Source: an uncultured Oscillospiraceae bacterium
GTDB taxonomy: Bacteria; Bacillota; Clostridia; Oscillospirales; Oscillospiraceae
DNA: 64,000 bases
Assembly: GCA_910578735.1 (NCBI GenBank)
Contig: CAJTSQ010000004.1
Coordinates: 22,507 to 86,506, forward strand
Direction of reading: 5' to 3'
This document shows positions 48,850 to 58,423 of the stretch, piece after piece; position 1 is the first letter of the stretch; each line of letters starts with the position of its first letter. The position numbers and the translations under genes were made by a program. Under the pieces are notes generated by a model. That model saw only the letters and a list, made by a program, of their open reading frames with translations, was not told the DNA's origin and did no database searches.

Positions 48850-50433
48850 ATGGGAGAGCAGCAATACGCCATTGAGATGCGGGGCATCTGCAAGAGCTTT
48901 GGCAGCGTGGCCGCCAACAAGAACATCAATCTGAATGTCAAGCCAGGGGAGATCCTGGCCCTGCTGGGGGAGAACGGCTCAGGCAAGACCACCCTGATGA
49001 ACATGCTGTCCGGTATCTACAAGCCGGACAGCGGAACTATTTTGGCGGACGGCCGGGAAGTGGTCATCAACTCCCCCGAGGACTCCAAGCGGCTGGGCAT
49101 CGGCATGGTCCACCAGCACTTCAAGCTGGTGGACGTCTTCTCCGCAGCCGACAACATCTGGCTGGGGGACGACAAGTCCGGCCAGGTGCTGAAGAAGGAC
49201 CGGTACGATGTGATCCGGGATATGGCCCATAAATTCGGATTTGACATCGATCCCCGGAAAAAGGTGTACAATATGGCGGTGTCGGAGAAGCAGACCCTGG
49301 AAATCATCAAGGTGCTGTATTACGGGGCCCGCGTTATCATCTTGGACGAGCCCACCGCCGTACTCACCGTTCAGGAGACGGCCAAGCTCTTCAATGTACT
49401 CCGCCGCATGAAGGCAGAGGGGCACGCCATCATCATCATTACCCATAAGCTCAACGAGGTGCTGGAGATTTCCGACCGGGTGGCCATCCTCCGCAAAGGG
49501 GAGTACATTACCACCGTGGACACTGCCTCCACCGATGAGCAGCAGCTCACCGAGTACATGGTGGGCCGGAAGGTGGAGCTGAATATCCAGCGTCCAGTGG
49601 TGGAAAAAACCCGGCCCCTGCTGGAAATCCGGGACCTGACCATCAAAAATGACGAGGGCGCCGTGGCCATCGACCATGTGAACTTCTATATCCGGGGGGG
49701 CGAGATTCTGGGGGTGGCCGGCATCGCCGGCTGCGGCCAGAAGGAGCTGTGCGAGGCCATCGCCGGCCTGCGGCCCATCGAGGGTGGAATGATGATCCAC
49801 AAGGGGGACAATATTGTGGGCCTGCCCCCCAAGGCCATCCTGGAAAAGGGCATCTCCATGTCCTTCATCCCTGAGGACCGGCTGGGTATGGGTCTGGCCC
49901 CCTCCATGTCCATCACGGACAACATGCTCCTCAAAAAATACGACCTGTCCAAAGGCCCGTTTGTGGACCGGAAGACCGGCCGGGCGGAAGCCAGGCAGGT
50001 GATTCAGGATCTGGAGGTCGTCACCCCCTCCACCGAGACGCCGGTGCGCCGGCTGTCCGGCGGCAACGTGCAAAAGGTGCTGCTGGGCCGGGAGATCAAG
50101 GCCGGACCCAACGTGATTGTCACCGCCTACCCCGTCCGGGGGCTGGACATCAACTCCTCCTATGCCATCTACGACATTCTGAACACCCAAAAAAAGGATG
50201 GCGTGGGCATCCTCTTTGTGGGGGAGGACCTGGATGTGATGATGGACTTGTGCGACAAGATCATGGTGCTGTGTCACGGCAGGGTGATGGGTGTGGTCCA
50301 CGCCCACAAGACCTCCAAGGAGGAGCTGGGCCTGATGATGACAGGCGCCCTGGACCTGAGCAACAGATATGAGGACAAGCCCGCCGGCATTGCCAAGGAC
50401 AGCCGGATTGAGGAGAAGGAGGAGGAGGAATGA
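48850..50433 (+). CDS. ABC transporter ATP-binding protein (duplicated ATPase, sugar/nucleoside type)
   Basis: The ATG at 48850 has an AAGGAGA SD. It carries two Walker A / LSGG sets. Confidence 0.9.
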   Translation: MGEQQYAIEMRGICKSFGSVAANKNINLNVKPGEILALLGENGSGKTTLMNMLSGIYKPDSGTILADGREVVINSPEDSKRLGIGMVHQHFKLVDVFSAADNIWLGDDKSGQVLKKDRYDVIRDMAHKFGFDIDPRKKVYNMAVSEKQTLEIIKVLYYGARVIILDEPTAVLTVQETAKLFNVLRRMKAEGHAIIIITHKLNEVLEISDRVAILRKGEYITTVDTASTDEQQLTEYMVGRKVELNIQRPVVEKTRPLLEIRDLTIKNDEGAVAIDHVNFYIRGGEILGVAGIAGCGQKELCEAIAGLRPIEGGMMIHKGDNIVGLPPKAILEKGISMSFIPEDRLGMGLAPSMSITDNMLLKKYDLSKGPFVDRKTGRAEARQVIQDLEVVTPSTETPVRRLSGGNVQKVLLGREIKAGPNVIVTAYPVRGLDINSSYAIYDILNTQKKDGVGILFVGEDLDVMMDLCDKIMVLCHGRVMGVVHAHKTSKEELGLMMTGALDLSNRYEDKPAGIAKDSRIEEKEEEE

Positions 50434-51548
50434 AAAACCATCAGCCTGTGTTCCGCGTGGTCAAACGGGAGGGTGCCGGCCCCGGCCGGCAGGTGCTGGC
50501 CTACGTGGCAGCGGTGGTGCTGGCCCTGGCGGCGGGTGCTGTGCTGCTCCAGGTCCAGGGCGTGGACCCTCTCACCTTCTACCGGCAGATGCTCACCATG
50601 GGCATCCCGGGCAGCCGCTACCCCTGGCGGGCGGTGGAGAATTTCATCAAGCTGTTCGTCCCCCTGCTCATCGTCTCTCTGGCCCTGGCCCTGGCCTTTA
50701 AAATGCGGTTTTGGAACATCGGCGGCGAAGGGCAGTTCATGATGGGGGCCTTTTGGGCCGCCTTTGTAGCCATGAAGCTGGGAGACCGCCTGCCCCAGCC
50801 GGCAGTGGTGCTGATCATGGCCCTGTGCGGGGCCCTGGGAGGCGGCCTGTACGGCATGTTTGTAGCGGCGCTTAAGGTGAAGTGGGGCACCAACGAGACC
50901 CTGCTCACCCTGATGCTCAACTATGTGGCCATATACTTTCTGCAATTTTTTGCCGAGACAAAAGGGGAGTGGAACTTCTTTCTGGACCCGGAATCCGCCC
51001 GGCCCAAGTTTGCGAAGTTTCCGGAGGGCGCTCAGATGATTACCATCCCCATCGGACCCTTCCGATTGAACCTCTCCCTGGTTGCGGCGCTGGTCCTGTG
51101 TGCGCTGATCTTCCTCTATCTGAACTATACCAAGCGGGGGTATGAGATCGCTGTGGTGGGGGACAGCCCCAGCACAGCACGATATGCCGGCATGAAGGTG
51201 GGCAGGATTGTCATCCGCACCATCTTCCTTTCCGCCGCCCTGATCGGCCTGGCGGGGGCCTTCCATGTGTCCTCCGCCGGAGTAATGTCCGCCTCTCCCA
51301 CCAACGATGTGGGCTGGACCGGCGTGGTGGTTGCCTGGCTGGCCAAGCTGAACACGGCGGGCATCCTAGTGGCCGCCCTGCTGATTACGGTGCTCCAGTT
51401 CGGCTGTCAGACGGCCAGCGCCGCCTACCCCTCCATCGACGCCAATTTCGCCAACCTGCTCCAGGGCGTGATCCTGTTTATTGTACTGGCGGCGGACTTC
51501 TTTACCCGCTTTCAGTTGGTCTGGACCAGAAAGGAGGCCGCGAAATGA
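50430..51548 (+). CDS. ABC transporter permease
   Basis: 372 aa, multi-TM, with a 4-nt overlap with the ATPase gene. Confidence 0.9.
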   Translation: MKNHQPVFRVVKREGAGPGRQVLAYVAAVVLALAAGAVLLQVQGVDPLTFYRQMLTMGIPGSRYPWRAVENFIKLFVPLLIVSLALALAFKMRFWNIGGEGQFMMGAFWAAFVAMKLGDRLPQPAVVLIMALCGALGGGLYGMFVAALKVKWGTNETLLTLMLNYVAIYFLQFFAETKGEWNFFLDPESARPKFAKFPEGAQMITIPIGPFRLNLSLVAALVLCALIFLYLNYTKRGYEIAVVGDSPSTARYAGMKVGRIVIRTIFLSAALIGLAGAFHVSSAGVMSASPTNDVGWTGVVVAWLAKLNTAGILVAALLITVLQFGCQTASAAYPSIDANFANLLQGVILFIVLAADFFTRFQLVWTRKEAAK

Positions 51549-52540
51549 ATGATCCCATCAATGTGGCGACCCTGTTCCTGTTTAACATTGTCCTGGTGAA
51601 CATTCCCCTGCTCTACGGCACGGTGGGAGAGATCGTGGTGGAGAAATCCGGCAGCCTGAACCTGGGCGTGGAGGGCACCATGGCGGTGGGGGCCATATTC
51701 GGCTACCTGGCCGGGTGCATGTCCAACAGCCTGCTGGTGGGCCTGCTGACCTCCTTCCTGGCGGCGGGGCTGTGCGGGCTGCTGTTCGCTGTGCTCACCG
51801 TCTCCCTCCAGGCCAACCAGAATGTCACCGGTCTGACCATCACCACCTTCGGCCTGGGGCTGTACTTTTTCATCGGTAAGGGACTGGGGGAGAAATGGCC
51901 CGCCATGACCGGCGTACCCGCCCTGATGGACGGCTTTGCCGCTCTGGAGATACCCCTGCTGTCCCGGCTTCCTGTGCTGGGCAAGGTGTTTTTCTCCCAG
52001 AACCTGCTGGTCTACCTGGGGGTGGCGGTGGCCGTTCTGGTGTGGTGGTATTTGAACTTTACCAAGACCGGCCTGCGTCTGCGCGCAGTGGGGGAGAACC
52101 CCGGCGCCGCCGACTCGGTGGGAGTGAACATCCTGCTGTATAAATATCTTCACCTGATGGCCGGTTCGGGCATTATGGGCCTGGGGGGCTTCTATATGGC
52201 CCTGAACATGAGCGGCTCCTTTGAGGGCTCCAACTGCTGGATTAACGGCTACGGCTGGATTGCCATTGCCTTGGTCATCTTTGCCAACTGGAACCCGGTG
52301 CTGGCCATTCTGGGCACGCTGGTTTTTGGATTTTTCAACACGCTGCAAATCTATTCCGGCGCTTTGGCGGGCGCCTTCGCCGGCCCTCTGGGCTGGCTCA
52401 GTGCGGTCCCTCCCCAGCTGTACAAGGCACTGCCCTTTATCATCACGGCCATTGTGCTGGTAGCCACCTCGATCCGGGCCCGGGAGGGCTCCGGCCAGCC
52501 TGCGGCCCTGGGGCTGAACTACTTCCGGGAAGAGCGGTAG
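51545..52540 (+). CDS. ABC transporter permease
   Basis: 331 aa, multi-TM, with a 4-nt overlap with the upstream permease. Confidence 0.9.
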   Translation: MNDPINVATLFLFNIVLVNIPLLYGTVGEIVVEKSGSLNLGVEGTMAVGAIFGYLAGCMSNSLLVGLLTSFLAAGLCGLLFAVLTVSLQANQNVTGLTITTFGLGLYFFIGKGLGEKWPAMTGVPALMDGFAALEIPLLSRLPVLGKVFFSQNLLVYLGVAVAVLVWWYLNFTKTGLRLRAVGENPGAADSVGVNILLYKYLHLMAGSGIMGLGGFYMALNMSGSFEGSNCWINGYGWIAIALVIFANWNPVLAILGTLVFGFFNTLQIYSGALAGAFAGPLGWLSAVPPQLYKALPFIITAIVLVATSIRAREGSGQPAALGLNYFREER

Positions 52541-52544
52541 CGGA

Positions 52545-52988
52545 ATGGACCACGAATTTTTCATGGGGGAGGCGCTGGCGCTGGCCCGGGCGGCAGCGGA
52601 GGACGGAGATGTCCCTGTGGGCTGTGTAATCGTCCGGGACGGGGAGATTGTGGGCCGGGGCCGCAACCGCCGAGAGGCGGACGGAGACGCCACCGCCCAT
52701 GCGGAGGTGGAGGCCATCCGGGACGCCTGCGCCCGGCTGGGGAGCTGGCGGCTCCATCGCTGCACCCTGTATGTTACCCTGGAGCCCTGCCCCATGTGCG
52801 CCGGGGCCATCATCAATGCCCGGGTGGAGGAGGTCCGCTATGGGGTGAAGGATGGGAAGGCGGGGTGCTGCGGGTCGGTGCTCAACATCTTCGAGGAGCG
52901 GTTCAACCACCGCCCCCGCATCTACCAGGGCCCCCTGGAGGGGGAGTGCGAGGAACTGCTGCAAAAATTTTTTCGAGAATTGCGCTAA
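52545..52988 (+). CDS. tadA: tRNA adenosine(34) deaminase
   Basis: 147 aa with HAEVEAI and TLEPCPMCAGAI zinc motifs. Confidence 0.93.
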   Translation: MDHEFFMGEALALARAAAEDGDVPVGCVIVRDGEIVGRGRNRREADGDATAHAEVEAIRDACARLGSWRLHRCTLYVTLEPCPMCAGAIINARVEEVRYGVKDGKAGCCGSVLNIFEERFNHRPRIYQGPLEGECEELLQKFFRELR

Positions 52989-53302
52989 GATTTAAAGCTT
53001 TTGTAACATCTCAAAAGAACTTTTGTAAAATCTTTTGTCTATACTCATTCTCGTAAGGCAAGAACATCTTTTCATTCTATCCTCCATTTTTTGAAAGGCT
53101 GACGGGTCGCTCCGTTGGCCTTTCTCTCTTTCTTGTGGCGGGCATGTCCAATTACTCCAAAATCATTGTGGAGGGGCAGAAAATTTTTAGATGATTTAAT
53201 CCTTTTGTAACAACTGAGGTTGGATTTGTTAATAACTTTCCGGTATCATAGAATTCGCAAGAGACAGTTCGTTTCATTTTAATCCTCTTTTTCAACGGAA
53301 AG

Positions 53303-53337
53303 CCCCGGATACCTTGGAGCAGGTATCCGGGGTTTTT
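53303..53337. terminator. strong hairpin between the AT-rich spacer and the XRE gene
   Basis: CCCCGGATACCT-TGGAGC-AGGTATCCGGGG is followed by TTTTT on the plus strand. It lies 5 nt from the stop of the minus-strand XRE gene. Confidence 0.55.
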
Positions 53338-53341
53338 CGCA

Positions 53342-53560
53342 TCACCTGGGCCACTTCATGTCCCGCCCCAGGCCAAGAATATAGTCGGCGCTGACGCCGT
53401 AGTGCTGGCAGAATCTGATCAGATAACGGATAGGCATTTCATTGAATCGCCGTTCATAATTTGCCCATTGAACATGGTTGATATCAAGTTTTTCGCCCAA
53501 AGAACGTTGTGTGTCATCTGCGTCTACCCGTACAGCAATTATTCTGTCAATATAATCCAT
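53342..53560 (-). CDS. XRE-family HTH regulator (72 aa)
   Basis: The ATG at 53560 has a GGGAGG SD. The HTH pattern reads TQRSLGEKLDINHVQWANYE. It sits in an AT-rich islet. Confidence 0.75.
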   Translation of the reverse strand: MDYIDRIIAVRVDADDTQRSLGEKLDINHVQWANYERRFNEMPIRYLIRFCQHYGVSADYILGLGRDMKWPR

Positions 53561-53584
53561 GTTTGACCTCCCAAACAATTATTA

Positions 53585-53626
53585 TTGACAGAATATAGTG
53601 AATGTGTTAGCATAGCTTATATGCTA
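53585..53626 (+). promoter_or_regulatory. promoter with overlapping inverted repeat (operator candidate) in the divergent XRE/RHH spacer
   Basis: TTGACA (53585-53590), 17 nt, TAGCAT (53608-53613). The inverted repeat TAGCATA-5 nt-TATGCTA spans 53608-53626. Confidence 0.45.
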
Positions 53627-53658
53627 GTTAATCAGCAAGCAGATGGGGAGATATCAGC

Positions 53659-53850
53659 ATGAAAATCAATACAAAGAGAGTAGCAGTTGGAATGCCGCCG
53701 GCAATCTATGAAGCGTTGGAAGAACGTGCGGCGGAAAAAGGGCACACAGTAGCAAGTTATGTCAGATGGCTGATTTGGAAACATATTGACGAGGAGAACA
53801 TACCAGTTTCAGTGTTCGCCAAAAAGGCTCCTTTGCCAAAGGAGCCTTAA
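53659..53850 (+). CDS. small RHH/Arc-like protein (63 aa)
   Basis: It has a GGGGAG SD. KRVAVGMPPAIYEALEERAAEKGHTVASYVRWLI follows a ribbon-helix-helix pattern. Confidence 0.5.
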   Translation: MKINTKRVAVGMPPAIYEALEERAAEKGHTVASYVRWLIWKHIDEENIPVSVFAKKAPLPKEP

Positions 53851-53865
53851 CCGCCCGCGGACGGG

Positions 53866-53906
53866 ACAGAAAAATAAAACCGGGCCGGGGAATTCCCCGG
53901 CCCGGT
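53866..53906 (-). terminator. intrinsic terminator of the thiolase transcript
   Basis: ACCGGGCCGGGG-AATT-CCCCGGCCCGGT is followed on the minus strand by TTTTATTTTTCT. Confidence 0.75.
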
Positions 53907-53916
53907 TGCGTGTCTC

Positions 53917-54048
53917 TTAATGCTTTTCTTTTGGTTTGTACTGCTCCTCGCCGGTTTCGACCCATAGGATGAAATCGTTGATTGCCTTTTCATCCCATCC
54001 AGCAGCACGAAGGCCGAGGATAATTCTGGAACTTTCAGACATGTTCAT
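53917..54048 (-). CDS. possible 43-aa protein downstream of the thiolase
   Basis: It is below the track cutoff. It has a GAGGGGAGGA SD and reads MNMSESSRIILGLRAAGWDEKAINDFILWVETGEEQYKPKEKH. The terminator follows. Confidence 0.35.
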   Translation of the reverse strand: MNMSESSRIILGLRAAGWDEKAINDFILWVETGEEQYKPKEKH

Positions 54049-54072
54049 GTTATTATCCTCCCCTCTTAGGAA

Positions 54073-55329
54073 TCAGCACTTCTCAAAGATGGTAGCAACG
54101 CCCATGCCGCCGCCGATGCACAGGGTGGCCAGGCCCTTCTTGGCCTCGTCCCGCTTCTGCATCTCGTGGAGCAGGGTGACGATGATCCGCGCGCCGGAAG
54201 CGCCCACGGGGTGACCCAGGGCGATAGCGCCGCCGTTGACGTTGACCTTGCTCATGTCGAAGTTCAGCTCGCGGGCCACGGCGATGGACTGAGCGGCAAA
54301 GGCCTCGTTGGCCTCCACCAGGTCCATATCCTCGATCTTCAGGCCGGCCTTGTCCAGGGCCTGGCGGGAGGCGGGCACGGGGCCCACGCCCATAATCTTG
54401 GGATCCACGCCGCCCTGACCCCAGCTGATCAGCTTGGCCATGGGCTTCAGGCCGTACTTCTCAACGGCCTCCTTGGAGGCCAGCACGATGGCGGCAGCGC
54501 CGTCGTTGATGCCGGAGGCCTGGCCGGCGGTCACCCGCTGGACATGCTTCTTGGCGTCGGCCTCATGGACGCCGGCGGGCTGGAAGGTGTGGACGATTTC
54601 GTCTTCCACGCCCTCGGGGCCGCAGGGGAAGGCGCCGCGCAGCTTGGCCAGCTTATCCAGAGGAGACAGGCGGGGGAATTCGTCCTTCTTGAACTCCACC
54701 ATTTCCTTCTTGACCTTAATCATCACAGGGACGATCTCGTCGTCGAACTTGCCGGCCTCCATGGCGTCGGCGGCCTTCTTCTGGGAGTTGTAGCCGAACT
54801 CGTCCAGCTCCTCACGGGTGATGCCCCACACGTCGCAGATGTTCTCGGCGGTGGTGCCCATGTGGTAGTTGTTATACACGTCCCACAGGCCGTCCTTGAT
54901 CATGGTGTCCACCATCTTGTTGTCACCCATGCGGGCGCCCCAGCGGGCGGCGGGGATGGCGTAGGGGGCGGCGGACATGTTCTCGGTGCCGCCGGCCACG
55001 ATGATCTCAGCGTCGCCCAGGGCGATGGTCCGGCCGGCCTCAATGACCGACTTCATGCCGGAGCCGCACACCATGCCCACAGTGTAGGCGGGGACGGAGG
55101 TGGGGATGCCGGCCTTCAGGCTGGCCTGACGGGCCACGTTCTGGCCCAGGCCGGCGGTGAGGATACAGCCGAACATGACCTCATCCACGTTCTCGGGCTT
55201 CACGCCGGCCCGATTCAGGGCCTCTTTGATGACGGTGGCGCCCAAGTCGGCGGCGGGGGTGTCCTTCAGGGAGCCTCCGAAGGAACCGATGGCGGTGCGG
55301 CAGCAGTTGACGACATAAACTTCTCTCAT
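54073..55329 (-). CDS. thlA: acetyl-CoA C-acetyltransferase (thiolase II)
   Basis: The ATG at 55329 has an AGGAGG SD. Motifs are the active-site [26 protein letters not shown] and CIGGGMG. Confidence 0.95.
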   Translation of the reverse strand: MREVYVVNCCRTAIGSFGGSLKDTPAADLGATVIKEALNRAGVKPENVDEVMFGCILTAGLGQNVARQASLKAGIPTSVPAYTVGMVCGSGMKSVIEAGRTIALGDAEIIVAGGTENMSAAPYAIPAARWGARMGDNKMVDTMIKDGLWDVYNNYHMGTTAENICDVWGITREELDEFGYNSQKKAADAMEAGKFDDEIVPVMIKVKKEMVEFKKDEFPRLSPLDKLAKLRGAFPCGPEGVEDEIVHTFQPAGVHEADAKKHVQRVTAGQASGINDGAAAIVLASKEAVEKYGLKPMAKLISWGQGGVDPKIMGVGPVPASRQALDKAGLKIEDMDLVEANEAFAAQSIAVARELNFDMSKVNVNGGAIALGHPVGASGARIIVTLLHEMQKRDEAKKGLATLCIGGGMGVATIFEKC

Positions 55330-55473
55330 GATGGGTGTTACCTCCTGAATTTTAATAGGGCGCATGATTAAAACGCCCGGGATGACCGCTCTTGTCCCCC
55401 ATTATACCGGAGAGCTGGCTAAAATGCAATAAGATTTTCTGGTATTTACAAGCAGTTTTCAAAGACAGGAAAA

Positions 55474-55610
55474 AAGCCTCCCTTGCCAAAGGGAGGGGGA
55501 CCGCCGGGCGAAGCCCGGTGGTGGAGGGATTCCGTTTTATAGACAGGTGTCTATTAACGGAATCCCCCCACTGCTTCGCGGCCCTCCTCCCCTTTTTGCA
55601 AGGGGGGCTT
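55474..55610. repeat. compound palindromic repeat, family 2, locus 2 (A-arm, palindromic spacer, B-arm)
   Basis: The A-arm spans 55474-55534, the spacer TTTTATAGACAGGTGTCTATTAA spans 55535-55557, and the B-arm spans 55558-55610. The B-arm is an imperfect reverse complement of the A-arm, giving a long imperfect hairpin. Confidence 0.8.
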
Positions 55611-55617
55611 ATTATAG

Positions 55618-57567
55618 TTACCAGTTTTCTGTAGCGGGATATGGGTCGGTGCTGTCGCTGTCCACATACCCTGATAGAGAGTACCCCTCCTCAAAAATAC
55701 CGGTCTTTTCCAGCGCGGCCAGGGTGTGTTTGGCGCTGGGGGTGAGGGTGACGGTGATGGTCTCGTCCACGTCATAACCGATGGGGCTGATCTCGGCGGA
55801 ACCGGCGCCGTCCGGGATTTGATAAGCCGTGAGGCTGAAGGTCAGGTCGGTGTGGCAGGTGTTTTTCAGGCGGTCCTCGGTCTGGTTGAAGAGGTAGCGC
55901 ACGCCGATGGTCCCCTCGGCAAAGTCGGCCTGCACCGCGTCCCACAGCTCCCGGGCGTAGTCGTCCAGATAGAGGTTATACTCCCGCTCGCCCTTGGCGT
56001 TGCTGATCCGGTCCAGCCAGGCCCCGGTGAGGCGGCCCTTTTCCAAGAAGTCCTCAAAGCCATAGGCGTCAGATACCAATTCCCGGTCCCCATACAGGTC
56101 CTTCACCAGATTGGTGACGCTGCCCTCCAGGGCTGTCTCCTCCTGGTAGATGGGGAAGTTGTCGTAGTAGCGGTTCAGGGTGGAGCCGTCCTTCAGGGTG
56201 TAGCGCAGATGGAGGTAGGTGTAGTCGTCCCCGGTCTGATAGCTCCCGCTTTCCTCGTCCAGCCGGTCCCGGTCGGCCGCGATGGCCCGGTGGAGGTCAA
56301 TGAACGTTTGAATGCGCTCCGGATCGGTGAGGACGGCGGAGTAGATGCTGCCGCTGTCGTCGGGGTAGCCCAGATCCAGGGAGACGTCCAGGCGCTCCAC
56401 CCGGTCCGCCTGGGGCACCCGGGTCTCCACCCCGAACAGGTCCATGGAGCAGCCCAGGCACAGCAGGAGCATCACAGTGGCCATGACCGCTGCCCCCCTC
56501 CAGGCCATGAACACCCGGAAGGACTTTTTCAGCAGCATCTCGGCGGCGAAGCAGCCGATGACCGTCCAGACCAGGATACTGGCGATGAGGACGGCCATGC
56601 CGTCCGTCCAGCCGAAGAACATGGCGGAGAACATGCCCAGGCACAGTCCGGAGCAGAAGGACACCCCGTATTTGAACAGGGGGCGCACCAGGGGAATGGC
56701 CACCACGTCCCCGGCGGTCTCCGCATGGCGGCGGCGGTAGACGTACAGGGATACAAGGGCCAGCGCCACACCCACGGCGGTGTAGACGGCCACTGTGCCC
56801 GGGGAGCGGAAGCGCTGCCCCTCCTCGCTGCTGCCATACAGGATCAATGCGTCCTTCAGCGCGTGGGCGGGGGTGAGGTACTCCACGATCAGAGCGGTCC
56901 CGGGAGACCCGGCGTAGCCGAAGAAGAACTCGTAGAACAGGCCGTCCAGCAGGGAGTAGATCACGTCGGCCAGCACGTTGAGGATGCAGTAAAAGGCGGG
57001 CAGGGCCAGGATGTGGCCGGTGAACATGGCGCAGAAGGCGGCGAAGGAGAAGAAGAACAGGACTACCCCGCTCTGGGCCAGCAGCCACATCAGCAGGGAG
57101 GACATAGCCGCGCCCCAATGCTCCATAGGCAGGAAGGCCATTTCAATCATGGCGGTCAGCACTGCCACCGCCGCCTGGGGCAGCAGCAGGAAGGACAGCC
57201 CCGCCAGGTACTGGGTGGTGAACAGGGCCTCCCGCCGGGTGGGCAGGGCGTGGAACCAGCAGGAGGAGCGGCTGTTATAGAGGTAGCCGAACACCGCCAT
57301 AGCGCAGAGAATGGCGAAGAACGCGGCCAGATACAGGCCAAAGGTGGCCATTTCAGGCAGATTCATCGCGCTGATCAGCAGCCGCCGCTGGGGGGCGTTG
57401 CTCATATAGCGGCTAAAGTAGGTGTTGAGCATGTTCAGCGGGATAAAAAACAGCCAGATTACCCCATAACCCGCCCACAGGGGCCAGAAGCGGGCCATAG
57501 TTTTCCGATAGAGGGCGCCGTTAAAGTACGATGTCGCGGACCGCATAGTCCTCACCTCCCAGTTCAT
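55618..57567 (-). CDS. putative ABC-2-type permease with a large C-terminal extracytoplasmic domain
   Basis: 649 aa. An alternative start at 57546 has a GGAGGTGA SD. It has about 8 TM helices and then a soluble domain of roughly 250 aa. It is downstream of the ABC ATPase. Confidence 0.75.
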   Translation of the reverse strand: MNWEVRTMRSATSYFNGALYRKTMARFWPLWAGYGVIWLFFIPLNMLNTYFSRYMSNAPQRRLLISAMNLPEMATFGLYLAAFFAILCAMAVFGYLYNSRSSCWFHALPTRREALFTTQYLAGLSFLLLPQAAVAVLTAMIEMAFLPMEHWGAAMSSLLMWLLAQSGVVLFFFSFAAFCAMFTGHILALPAFYCILNVLADVIYSLLDGLFYEFFFGYAGSPGTALIVEYLTPAHALKDALILYGSSEEGQRFRSPGTVAVYTAVGVALALVSLYVYRRRHAETAGDVVAIPLVRPLFKYGVSFCSGLCLGMFSAMFFGWTDGMAVLIASILVWTVIGCFAAEMLLKKSFRVFMAWRGAAVMATVMLLLCLGCSMDLFGVETRVPQADRVERLDVSLDLGYPDDSGSIYSAVLTDPERIQTFIDLHRAIAADRDRLDEESGSYQTGDDYTYLHLRYTLKDGSTLNRYYDNFPIYQEETALEGSVTNLVKDLYGDRELVSDAYGFEDFLEKGRLTGAWLDRISNAKGEREYNLYLDDYARELWDAVQADFAEGTIGVRYLFNQTEDRLKNTCHTDLTFSLTAYQIPDGAGSAEISPIGYDVDETITVTLTPSAKHTLAALEKTGIFEEGYSLSGYVDSDSTDPYPATENW

Positions 57568-58423
57568 AGATAAAGATTTCCTCCAGGGTCAGGGGCAGGG
57601 CCTCCATGAGAATGGGGGCGAAGCCCGCCATGCGGGTTTTAATCTCCGCCGGGCTGCCCCGGACAATGAGGGTGAACACCCGCCCGATCTGGGAGGTATG
57701 GAGCACGTTCAGGTCGCGGGGCAGCTCGGGCAGCTTCCCGTCGGAAAAGGCGATCTGCAGCTTGACCACGTTGTCCTGCAAGTCGGTGAGGGAGCGCTCC
57801 AGCAGCACCTTGCCGTGGGACAGGATGCCCACATGGTCGCACACGTCCTCCAGCTCCCGCAGGTTGTGGGAGGACACCAGCACCGTGGTCCCCCGCTGGG
57901 CCACGTCCCCCATGAGCAAGGTCCACACCTGCCGGCGCATCACCGGGTCCAGGCCGTCCACCGGCTCGTCCAGCACCAGCACCTCCGGGTTGCAGCACAG
58001 GGCCAGCCGGAAGGCGGACTGCTTCTGCATCCCCTTGGACAGCCGGCGGATGGGCAGCTTTTCGTCCACCTCGGGGAAGGCCTCAGCCAAAGCCGCGTAC
58101 CGCTTCACGTCGAAGTTGGGGTACATCCCCCGGTAAAAGCGCATCATGTCCCGGGTGGAGGCGGAGTTGAAGTAGTACAGGTCGTCGGGGATGGCGGCAA
58201 TTTTCGCCTTCACCGCCGGATTTTCGTAGACCTGGTCGCCGTCCACCAGCACAGAGCCGGAGTCCGGGCGGTAGATGCCCATGATGTGCCGCAGGATGGT
58301 GGATTTGCCCGCCCCGTTGGGGCCCACCAGCCCATAGATGGAGCCGCGCTCCGCCGTCATGGTGAGACCGTCCAGGGCCCGGAAGCCGTCAAAGGTCTTT
58401 ACCACATTGATTACCTTAATCAT
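57521..58423 (-). CDS. ABC transporter ATP-binding protein
   Basis: The ATG at 58423 overlaps the GntR stop (ATGATTAA). It has GPNGAGKST, LSKGMQ and LVLDEP motifs. Confidence 0.9.
   Translation of the reverse strand: MIKVINVVKTFDGFRALDGLTMTAERGSIYGLVGPNGAGKSTILRHIMGIYRPDSGSVLVDGDQVYENPAVKAKIAAIPDDLYYFNSASTRDMMRFYRGMYPNFDVKRYAALAEAFPEVDEKLPIRRLSKGMQKQSAFRLALCCNPEVLVLDEPVDGLDPVMRRQVWTLLMGDVAQRGTTVLVSSHNLRELEDVCDHVGILSHGKVLLERSLTDLQDNVVKLQIAFSDGKLPELPRDLNVLHTSQIGRVFTLIVRGSPAEIKTRMAGFAPILMEALPLTLEEIFIYELGGEDYAVRDIVL

Noticed and set aside
53152-53277. 41-codon minus-strand ORF with an AGAGGA SD in the tadA-proximal islet
   Set aside because: It has no recognisable motif, is very short, and has stop-rich surroundings. 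It is mentioned in the islet finding but is not strong enough to list as a gene.
52989-53340. Small cytoplasmic (SRP/4.5S) RNA or a tRNA downstream of tadA, as in B. subtilis
   Set aside because: The segment is AT-rich. It has no SRP domain IV-like GNAR tetraloop helix or tRNA cloverleaf that I could fold by eye. Only a terminator-like hairpin at 53303-53337 was found.
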